Assembly (NCBI GenBank): GCA_045630965.1
Contig: JAZQTU010000006.1
Coordinates: 16,567-80,566 of the forward strand
Direction of reading: 5' to 3'
DNA: 64,000 nucleotides
Origin: Bacteroidaceae bacterium
Lineage (GTDB): Bacteria > Bacteroidota > Bacteroidia > Bacteroidales > Bacteroidaceae
Position numbers and translations under genes: made by a program. A model generated the notes under the pieces. It did no database searches and was not told the origin of the DNA. It saw only the letters and a program-made list of their open reading frames with translations. Each line of letters starts with the position of its first letter. The stretch's first letter is position 1. This document shows, in pieces, positions 56,837 through 64,000 of this stretch.

Positions 56837-57619
56837 ATGGAAAAGAATTTCAACAAAGAAAAGAACGGCGCTTACGGCATGTCTGCTGTAGGCAATGGGA
56901 AAATCACTGCTCTTCATGAGCCACTAGCGGAACAGAACGCCTATTCGGCTCTTGACAGTGAACTCAAGAAAATGTTCGGCGAGGGTTTCGAACTCTCCGA
57001 CAGGTTATCACAGGATTTGCTTTTGCAGCATCTTCGTACGAATAGGGAACAGAATGAGCGTCTTGCCGGTATGCTTGAACGTGATCCTCGTCTGGCACAG
57101 TTGCTGACCGATGTTGTCAGTGGCAAGCGCAACGCTCACAGTGCCATGGCGCGCTATTTCGGTACTTCGTTCATGACTGTCGACGAGGACAGCCCTGAAT
57201 TTGAGGAGATAATGCTTGCCGACGAGGAACGAAAGGAGGAGATGATGCGTCTTGCAAACGACCGTAATGAGTATGAACGAAACCTTGCAGAGAGTGTACC
57301 TGTCATTGAAGAATTCTGCAAAGGGAAGGGCTATGATGCCTCTGACTTCATGGACAGGGTGTGGGAGTCACTTGTCTTTCCAATTCTGGCAGGAAAATAC
57401 ACTAACGAGGTGTGTGTGGCTCTCGATCATGCGGTCACATATGAGAAGGATGTCGAGGATGCCTTTATTGCCGGTGACATAAAGGGACGCAATACGAATA
57501 TCCAGCGTATGAAGGAGAATTTTGGGGACGGTATGCCAAAGGGAATGAGCAGCGTTGCTCCCGATACAGAAATAAAGCGCAAAAGGAATTCTCTTATCGA
57601 CAAGGCTCTTAATGCCTGA
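56837..57619 (+). CDS. Scaffolding-like protein
   Basis: The ATG at 56837 (MEKNFNKEK...) is preferred over the ORF opening at 56771. About 260 aa, acidic and helical (Glu/Asp/Arg/Leu-rich). It sits directly upstream of the capsid-like gene. Confidence 0.45.
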   Translation: MEKNFNKEKNGAYGMSAVGNGKITALHEPLAEQNAYSALDSELKKMFGEGFELSDRLSQDLLLQHLRTNREQNERLAGMLERDPRLAQLLTDVVSGKRNAHSAMARYFGTSFMTVDEDSPEFEEIMLADEERKEEMMRLANDRNEYERNLAESVPVIEEFCKGKGYDASDFMDRVWESLVFPILAGKYTNEVCVALDHAVTYEKDVEDAFIAGDIKGRNTNIQRMKENFGDGMPKGMSSVAPDTEIKRKRNSLIDKALNA

Positions 57620-57657
57620 TTGTAAAAAACTCAATTATTAACCTATAAAATTTTACT

Positions 57658-59277
57658 ATGAAAAAAATCATTTCATTCTTGAGGGAGAACCCTCTGTTTG
57701 TAATCATGTCGCTCGCAGCTATCGCATGCTACATTTGGGGTGACGCTGTCAGTGGTATAATAATGGCCGGTGTCAATCTCATGCCTGCCGGGTCGCCAAA
57801 ACCTTCAACCGGTATTGCCGGTTTGCCAACGCAGGGGCTTGGAGAGGCCACTACTGTTTCCAATGCCAGTGAACTAGGCAATGATCTCATTGAAGCCGAT
57901 ACTGATGACCAGATTATTGGCATTGCAAGTGACGAAAGTGTCATCGATACCATTAAGCGCAGGATACGCCGTCAGGTGCGAGTGAACTCATTTGAAGTAG
58001 ACCACTATCTTATCGACGACAAACGTTCCAAGGCCTACACTAACGCAACCTATACAGGTATGAACGCAACACGTGCCGAAATTCCATTCTCAACAACAGG
58101 AGAGAGAAAAATCTTCCAGCAGTACTATACGGCTATCTGTAAGGGTGTCAATGGTTATGACCCGACAGGACAGATAGAGCTTTCGGGAGTCGACCTCATG
58201 CTGTTCTTCGTGGATAAGAACACGACAAGCGAAGCGCCTATTGCCATGGCTGTCAACGGTCCTAAGATAAATGCAACCGATGAGTACTGCGTGATTCCTA
58301 CAATTCCTATGGGTACAGAGATTATTTTGCTCTCTTCGGCAGCATACGAGACACAGAAGTTTATCGCTCCCTCTACAATTGTACCTGTGCCTGAACGCAT
58401 GTACTTGCAAAAACAGTTATGCAACAGCATTGTGAGTGACTATTTCGCTGCACAGAAAAAACGCATCCAGTTCAGCGAGGCACAGATTGCAGAAGCTGTG
58501 TTGCGTCAGTTCCGTCTTGAGAGTTGCCGTACAGCGTGGGTCGGACAGCCCGGAAAGTTTAAGGTACAGGCTATGGACAACGCTATGGGTTATCAGTGGG
58601 ATTACTTCTCAAAAGGTATCCGTTGGCAGTTCAAGCGTCAGTACGATCTCTCTTCGAATATCACATTTGCTGATTTAATCAACCTATCAATGGTGAAGTT
58701 CACAGGTTTCAATTGTACCAAGCGTGCAATATGGCTGTTGGGTAAGCAGTTGTTGAATGATATTCAGAAAATAGACCTGACACTGCACAAGAATATCAGT
58801 GTCACCGGCGACAAGGTTTTTGGTATCGAGTGTACAAAAATACACACAGTGTTCGGTGATATCGACCTCATCCACGATCCTACTCTCGATGCCCTTGGCT
58901 ATGCTCACTGTGGTGGTCTTATTGATGAGAACGGTCTTGTGCGCTACTATATGAAGAACGAGGATGCAAAAACCGAAAATGTCGACGGTGAAGAGGCTAA
59001 ACGCGAGGTTGTTATGACTATCGACTGCTTGTGTCTTAAGGGATATTCTCATATCTGGGTGAACGGCTCTTCTGCCGAAAGCGATATTCCAGGTGCATCG
59101 CGCGTGACAAGTTCTGACAGTTTGCCGTCATCGCCGAATATCAACGATGTGGTAATCCTTACCGCCGATGTCAACCATGAGGTGAATGGTGAGAGCAAGA
59201 AGTGGTTCTGTGCCGGTTCTGTTGTCGCTTTCAACGGAAAGACTTGGGTGGAATATACTGGCGAGATTTTGGTGTAA
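57658..59277 (+). CDS. Major capsid protein candidate
   Basis: 539-aa ORF following the scaffold-like gene and ending at a strong terminator, a typical placement for an MCP. No fold assignment is possible by eye. Confidence 0.55.
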   Translation: MKKIISFLRENPLFVIMSLAAIACYIWGDAVSGIIMAGVNLMPAGSPKPSTGIAGLPTQGLGEATTVSNASELGNDLIEADTDDQIIGIASDESVIDTIKRRIRRQVRVNSFEVDHYLIDDKRSKAYTNATYTGMNATRAEIPFSTTGERKIFQQYYTAICKGVNGYDPTGQIELSGVDLMLFFVDKNTTSEAPIAMAVNGPKINATDEYCVIPTIPMGTEIILLSSAAYETQKFIAPSTIVPVPERMYLQKQLCNSIVSDYFAAQKKRIQFSEAQIAEAVLRQFRLESCRTAWVGQPGKFKVQAMDNAMGYQWDYFSKGIRWQFKRQYDLSSNITFADLINLSMVKFTGFNCTKRAIWLLGKQLLNDIQKIDLTLHKNISVTGDKVFGIECTKIHTVFGDIDLIHDPTLDALGYAHCGGLIDENGLVRYYMKNEDAKTENVDGEEAKREVVMTIDCLCLKGYSHIWVNGSSAESDIPGASRVTSSDSLPSSPNINDVVILTADVNHEVNGESKKWFCAGSVVAFNGKTWVEYTGEILV

Positions 59278-59295
59278 CATAACTTTCTTTTCAAT

Positions 59296-59335
59296 GACAC
59301 CCGGAGGCTCTTTGGGGTAATCCGGGTGTCTTTTT
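59296..59335 (+). terminator. Rho-independent terminator/attenuator after capsid-like gene
   Basis: 10-bp stem GACACCCGGA / TCCGGGTGTC followed by TTTTT. Confidence 0.8.
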
Positions 59336-59354
59336 ATTAAAAACAATATCAGAT

Positions 59355-59789
59355 ATGAAAAAGAGAATAACATACGAGATTCATGGACAGATTGAACGCA
59401 ATAGTTATTTCCGCATAGGCAAGGCTCTTGTGCGTATAGAATTCAGTGGTGGTGCAATAAACTCCACAGGTGTCTATCCGGCACAGTATGTCACCGACAA
59501 TCCATTGTTCCAGAAAGCAATTGAGAGCAGCGATGCTTACCAAAAAGGTGAAATAAAACGAGGAAGGGTAGAAGTGATAGAAGAAACCGGCAAGGATGAA
59601 AATGCTGATGCCGGAACAGTATTGCATGAAACCTCTTTGGCTGTATTTCCCGAAGTACAGAATATGCAGCAGGCACGTTCCGTTTTAATGGATGAACCGT
59701 ACAACTGTACTCTTGCCCAGCTTCAGAACAAGAATATGATAAAGGCTGTGGCGTTGGAGAAGGGTGTCACATTTCCTAACTGGTTATGA
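59355..59789 (+). CDS. Hypothetical virion protein (144 aa)
   Basis: The ORF overlaps the next gene by 4 nt (ATGA coupling). No recognisable motif. Confidence 0.55.
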   Translation: MKKRITYEIHGQIERNSYFRIGKALVRIEFSGGAINSTGVYPAQYVTDNPLFQKAIESSDAYQKGEIKRGRVEVIEETGKDENADAGTVLHETSLAVFPEVQNMQQARSVLMDEPYNCTLAQLQNKNMIKAVALEKGVTFPNWL

Positions 59790-60430
59790 CGGCAACTGAT
59801 ACTCTTGTAAAGAAGGTACGTCGCCTTGTCAACGAGGCTGAGAACGATTCCGATGTCTCGTTGATAACCGAAGACATGCGTTCGCTTGACGATACGATAC
59901 TGGAACTTCTTCCACAGGCTGTAGCTTTGGTGCAACGCTGTTCACATGGAGGACATGTGAATGTCAAGGCTCTGTCTAATGAAGCAAAAAAAGTGCAGGA
60001 AGTTTCTGACGGCTCATACAATGTTGCCTTGCCAGGTGATTTCTTCAAGCTTGTGTCGTTGCAGCTTACTTCGTGGAAAAGGGCCTGCATGGAAATTTCA
60101 TCGCCAGAATCACTGGATGCTGTAAATGCAGTAAATGGCAGTTCTTGTGTTGGAGCTTTCAACCCGGTATGCGTAGAGAGCATCGTGGATGGTGGTGCGA
60201 AAGTTGTAAAACTTTTTCCGTGTAATGCCAGTGATGAAGTTGTACATTTTGTGTACGAGGCACAATTTAATGTTGCCGACGGGTTGGCGATGTGCGACAG
60301 TTACATGGCAGATGCTGTAACATATGCCTGTACCTCTCTTTTGTATACGGTGTTCGAGAAACATGATGCTGCAAAACCCTTCATGTCGTATGCCATGGCG
60401 CTGTGTGGAGGTGAAAAGAGTTCTAATTGA
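59786..60430 (+). CDS. Hypothetical head-completion/connector-like protein (214 aa)
   Basis: Translationally coupled to its neighbours. The function is guessed from position only. Confidence 0.5.
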   Translation: MTATDTLVKKVRRLVNEAENDSDVSLITEDMRSLDDTILELLPQAVALVQRCSHGGHVNVKALSNEAKKVQEVSDGSYNVALPGDFFKLVSLQLTSWKRACMEISSPESLDAVNAVNGSSCVGAFNPVCVESIVDGGAKVVKLFPCNASDEVVHFVYEAQFNVADGLAMCDSYMADAVTYACTSLLYTVFEKHDAAKPFMSYAMALCGGEKSSN

Positions 60431-60444
60431 TAATTGTAAATATT

Positions 60445-60912
60445 ATGGATAGCTTGAAGTTTGTAATGGCATCCTTGTTGGCGAATGTTGCAGGGTTGCT
60501 TTTTCCAATACGCAACGATATTTTCGGTTTGGTGTTGCTCTTCAGTGTTAATTTTATTGTGGGTTTGCTTGCCGACGTTGGAAACCATCGTGACTGGAGT
60601 TTCCGTAAGGCATTCTGTTTCTTCCGTGATGCAGCGATATATTTTGTCATGGTAACATCAATATATATGCTCGGCCGTCTCAAGGGCGAAGAGGTTGCTG
60701 CTGTGTATTGTGTTTCCTTCATGATTTACGTTGCCATATATTTCTACGGGACAAATATACTGCGTAATGCAAGGCTTATCACAAATGAGAAAAGTACGCT
60801 TTACCGCATACTCGACTTTCTCTACTATATTATGAGCCTTCGTGTCCTCGAACGATATGCATGCCTGAAAGATTATTTCGACTATGAGAAACGTGAGGAT
60901 AATAATCGTTAG
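60445..60912 (+). CDS. Holin-like 4-TM membrane protein
   Basis: The ATG at 60445 (MDSLKF...) is preferred, though the ORF opens with TTG at 60427. Four hydrophobic helices and a highly charged C-terminal tail (DYFDYEKREDNNR). The downstream spanin-like gene overlaps it by 29 nt. Confidence 0.5.
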   Translation: MDSLKFVMASLLANVAGLLFPIRNDIFGLVLLFSVNFIVGLLADVGNHRDWSFRKAFCFFRDAAIYFVMVTSIYMLGRLKGEEVAAVYCVSFMIYVAIYFYGTNILRNARLITNEKSTLYRILDFLYYIMSLRVLERYACLKDYFDYEKREDNNR

Positions 60913-61267
60913 CGTCATACTTCTGCTGTTCATCAGTTGCAGGGTAAAGGACACAGTGACGACTGAACGTGCATCGGCAAATATGCGTGTTGAACGGGTG
61001 CTTGTCGACAGCATAATCCTAAGGGATAGTGTGGTGATAAGGGAGAGGTGCGACACTGTGTTCTTTACCAAATACCGTACACTTTACAAGGAACGTCTTC
61101 GTCACGACACTGTAGTCAAATGTGATACGGTATATACCGAGCGCGTGGTTACTGTGAAGGATACCAAAGGCTCTTCATTCTTGTGGCTGTTGCTGCTGCC
61201 ATTGTTGGCTGTGCTTTGGAAAGTTGGAGTCTTTGACCTCTTACGTAAAATTATTTTGAGAAAATAG
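60884..61267 (+). CDS. Unimolecular-spanin-like protein (N-terminal lipoprotein signal + C-terminal TM)
   Basis: 127-aa ORF with lipobox-like IIIVSVILLLFISC, a beta-rich charged middle, and a C-terminal TM segment SSFLWLLLLPLLAVLWKVGVF followed by a basic tail. This architecture matches u-spanins such as T1 gp11. Confidence 0.5.
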   Translation: MRNVRIIIVSVILLLFISCRVKDTVTTERASANMRVERVLVDSIILRDSVVIRERCDTVFFTKYRTLYKERLRHDTVVKCDTVYTERVVTVKDTKGSSFLWLLLLPLLAVLWKVGVFDLLRKIILRK

Positions 61268-61271
61268 ATAT

Positions 61272-64000
61272 ATGCATAAGAATTTTTCATTCAAAGGGGT
61301 GGTGAGGAGCAATGACAATCTTCTTGCCAATGAGGGAGAATGTCTGGAACTGGTCAACCTCCGTATGGTGAACGGCTCTCTTCGCCCTATCCCAACCATG
61401 GTCGAGGAGGCTTGCCTGTATAGTGAATATTCCGCGATATATTGGCATGGAAAGGCATCGTGCTATATGTGTATAACAAAAGATGCTGAACGTAGTGTCG
61501 ATTTCTACGATGCACAATGGAATCTGCTGCTCGGTAATCAGGGAACAAAACTCCATTTCCCGTTGCTTACAAAGGTCAGAAGTGTGGAATTTATGGGATA
61601 TGTTGTTTCGTGTATTACTGACAACGGTATACGTTATCTGCTTTATAGTAACGGAACCTATCGCTGGCTTGGCGAAACTCCCATAATACCAACTTTGACT
61701 ATTACTCCTTCTGCAGCAGTGCATAGCGTGGATACTACTGTCTCCTTTACAACAAATACGGTGGATACGCCTGTCTCTTCGTTGTGGCAGTACAATTCAC
61801 GTGGTTATTTTGACGAATGCATTGCAAAATCCAACAAAGCCGGGTATTACATAGACCGTGCGTTGTTTAGGTTTGCATTGCGCCTGTATGACGGATCGTA
61901 CATTTATGTTTCACATCCAATATATGTGAGCAATGATGCCGAAGTGGATGGTGTCTCACGTGATGCCGGAAACCTTGTGGCCGTAAAGAATGACGCTTCC
62001 TCTTCCTCTTCTACATACAAGGTGAAGGTGGTTGGCTTCAAGCCTCAGCTCAAGTTCGATAACCTGAAAATGGAGGACTGGGAAGGAGTTGTTGTGGGTA
62101 TAGACGTCTTTACCACCGGTTCTATAATGGGTAATAAGGTAGATGAAGCCCTTGTTACTGTACTTGATACAGAAACAAAGGAACACACTACCGAAAGGAT
62201 AGAGGTCTACAAGAATAAGGAACTTGATGAGATATATGCCGAAACAGGTGAAGCTTCGCTATATTATAAGGTGGCTGAATTCAGTATCTGGGGCAAATGC
62301 CAGCACAGTGTCGATGATGTCTCTCAGGCGAATATTGTGTTGCAGGATGCCTTAAGCTCTTTTGAGCAACGACATACAATGTCATCGATAGTCCCGGATT
62401 GCAGCTATATGTTCAACAATAGGTTGCATGTGGCATCGTTGCGCGAATATCTGTTCAAAGGATATGAACGCTCTTCGTTGTTGCCTGTTGGTGTTGGAAA
62501 GGAGATGATTGACATGGTTGTGGTGCGTACAAGGTTAAACACACAGAATGGCATATCAACTGTCTTGAATACTTTTGAGAATGTATTTGTCGGATATGAC
62601 AAGGATACATTCCTATTGCCTCCCTTGCTCTCTTATCCCGATTCGCGCGCATTCGAGATGAGTGTCTTCTTCTACTACGATACGGAATGGTTCGGTAAGC
62701 ATTTTATTCTTACACCTCATAAATATCTTAACATGTCACAGTATATCCATAAAACATCATTTGGATATTCGGTGACTGTGCAATCTATCTTTGCCAGTGG
62801 AGGTGGCATTGCCGGTTCGCTGTCAGCAGCAACGGCAGTAGAACTGTTCGGAGAGCAACCTGCAACCCACGAGGTGGTCTATTCTGCATCTTTACACGGG
62901 TGGACATACAAAGGGAGTGCCTTTCCGCCCAAGGAGTACTCCTCGTTAAGGATTTTTGCAATACCACGTGATGTAAAGGATGGTGACAAAATTGTGATTA
63001 CTATAAGCAAGTCGACATCTTCAACCACATTCATTGACATCGGTAATATACAGTTTGACAGCACATGGGAGGTGTTGGGTAGCATTGACGATTGTGGCAA
63101 AGAGGAGAATGTCTATGAGATACGTGAGAATGTTATGAAGGTATCTGTAGTTGAGAATCCTTTTATATTTCCAGTAAAGTGTACTTATCCTCTTTCTCAG
63201 GGAAAGATAGTTGCGCTCTCGACCAACCGTGCTGCGATGTCCGAAGGACAGTTCGGAGAACATCCTCTGTACATATTCTCACAGGAGGGTATAGCAGTGA
63301 TGTCTGTAGATGCTTCGGGAAAAACGGCTTACAGCAATATTTACCCCGTTTCTCATGAAGTGTGCTGCAATGCAGACATGGTATGCGGAACCGATTCTGG
63401 CGTTCTTTTTCTTGGCTTACAGGGTGTGATGCTCATATCGGGAAACCGTTGTGTAAGGTTGTCTGTTGCCATAGACAATGAAAGTGATGATACGGCATTG
63501 TTGGAGCCGTCGGGTATAATAAGCCGCATAGCCTCCATGCATGGGCTTGGTGATGTGTTGGACAATTTGCATTTCCATGACTTCATGTGTGGTGCAAAGG
63601 TTATACGTAATGCAACCATGGGTGAGTTGTTGTTCTGTAATGCTGACTATGCGTACAGTTATATATATTCACTATCGGCGAATGTCTGGAGCAAAACTGA
63701 TATGAGGCTCTGTGGGTTTGTTCAAAAAAGAGAAGGTGTAGCTATGTTCAATAATACAGCCGGAACCACTAGGGTTCTTGTTCCGGGCGATAATGCTGCC
63801 GGTTCGAATAAGGTATTGCTGATTACGCGCCCACATCACTTTGGAACCAAAATACCAAAGCGCATAATGCAACTGATGCTGCATGCCAGTCTCGCAAAGC
63901 CACAGGGTAGTGGTAGCTCGTCGGCATTTGTCTCTTGCTTTCTGCTGTGTAGCAACGATGGGGTGAATTTCAAACTGGTAACAGGGTGTGAAAAGAAAAA
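61272..64000 (+). CDS. Large virion (tail/adsorption apparatus?) protein, 5' part; open at window end
   Basis: Not in the supplied ORF track. I read the frame from the ATG at 61272 codon by codon to 64000 (909 codons) and found no stop. It starts 5 nt after the spanin-like stop. No recognisable motif. Confidence 0.8.
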   Translation, partial: MHKNFSFKGVVRSNDNLLANEGECLELVNLRMVNGSLRPIPTMVEEACLYSEYSAIYWHGKASCYMCITKDAERSVDFYDAQWNLLLGNQGTKLHFPLLTKVRSVEFMGYVVSCITDNGIRYLLYSNGTYRWLGETPIIPTLTITPSAAVHSVDTTVSFTTNTVDTPVSSLWQYNSRGYFDECIAKSNKAGYYIDRALFRFALRLYDGSYIYVSHPIYVSNDAEVDGVSRDAGNLVAVKNDASSSSSTYKVKVVGFKPQLKFDNLKMEDWEGVVVGIDVFTTGSIMGNKVDEALVTVLDTETKEHTTERIEVYKNKELDEIYAETGEASLYYKVAEFSIWGKCQHSVDDVSQANIVLQDALSSFEQRHTMSSIVPDCSYMFNNRLHVASLREYLFKGYERSSLLPVGVGKEMIDMVVVRTRLNTQNGISTVLNTFENVFVGYDKDTFLLPPLLSYPDSRAFEMSVFFYYDTEWFGKHFILTPHKYLNMSQYIHKTSFGYSVTVQSIFASGGGIAGSLSAATAVELFGEQPATHEVVYSASLHGWTYKGSAFPPKEYSSLRIFAIPRDVKDGDKIVITISKSTSSTTFIDIGNIQFDSTWEVLGSIDDCGKEENVYEIRENVMKVSVVENPFIFPVKCTYPLSQGKIVALSTNRAAMSEGQFGEHPLYIFSQEGIAVMSVDASGKTAYSNIYPVSHEVCCNADMVCGTDSGVLFLGLQGVMLISGNRCVRLSVAIDNESDDTALLEPSGIISRIASMHGLGDVLDNLHFHDFMCGAKVIRNATMGELLFCNADYAYSYIYSLSANVWSKTDMRLCGFVQKREGVAMFNNTAGTTRVLVPGDNAAGSNKVLLITRPHHFGTKIPKRIMQLMLHASLAKPQGSGSSSAFVSCFLLCSNDGVNFKLVTGCEKK

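Larger units (their letters stand above)
53079..64000. mobile_element. Phage-derived block B (packaging, head, lysis, large virion protein); continues beyond window
   Basis: Gene content is listed below. Two divergent operons start from a 257-bp regulatory region (56580-56836). Confidence 0.75.

Overview
This 64-kb window looks like chromosomal DNA from a Bacteroidota (Bacteroidales-type) genome. Supporting signs are TAnnTTTG -7 promoter boxes, a T9SS-like C-terminal tail on a large secreted protein, a lipoprotein-type Omp85 (TamL-like), and the ileS / dksA-like / lspA / DUF4296 gene order. Most of the window is ordinary housekeeping: a porin, dcuB, nhaP2, RNase P RNA, an amino-sugar salvage cluster (NahK-like kinase, BadF-type kinase, ampG), gdhA, ileS, lspA, tyrS, tRNA-Lys(CTT), lrgAB, ligA, dapA, maeB, rsmG, rmuC, trpS and a GH35 beta-galactosidase. 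The unusual part is a phage-derived gene set split into two blocks. Block A (about 29.2-39.4 kb) holds an AT-rich island of four small genes, an S24 repressor, a 1517-aa HExxH 'polyvalent'-type protein and a portal. Block B (53.1 kb to the window end) holds TerL, a scaffold-like gene, a capsid-like gene, holin-like and u-spanin-like genes, and an open-ended ORF of more than 909 aa that is missing from the ORF track. The blocks are separated by 13.6 kb of core genes, and no integrase, replication or transposition gene is visible. Both blocks share two cis-elements. One is a TGTCAnnnCAGCAA box placed 20-21 nt upstream of a -7-like box in front of all four divergent transcription units. The other is a TAGCC-N6-GGCTA palindrome. 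This suggests the blocks are still one regulon, either a rearranged prophage or a domesticated GTA-like particle system. Other points worth a second look are an AmgK-like kinase fused to a RapZ C-terminal domain, an 84-bp tandem duplication carrying promoter-like boxes upstream of the TamL-like gene, and a T9SS-type protein with six cadherin-like repeats. All functional calls rest on motif recognition by eye. No database search was possible.
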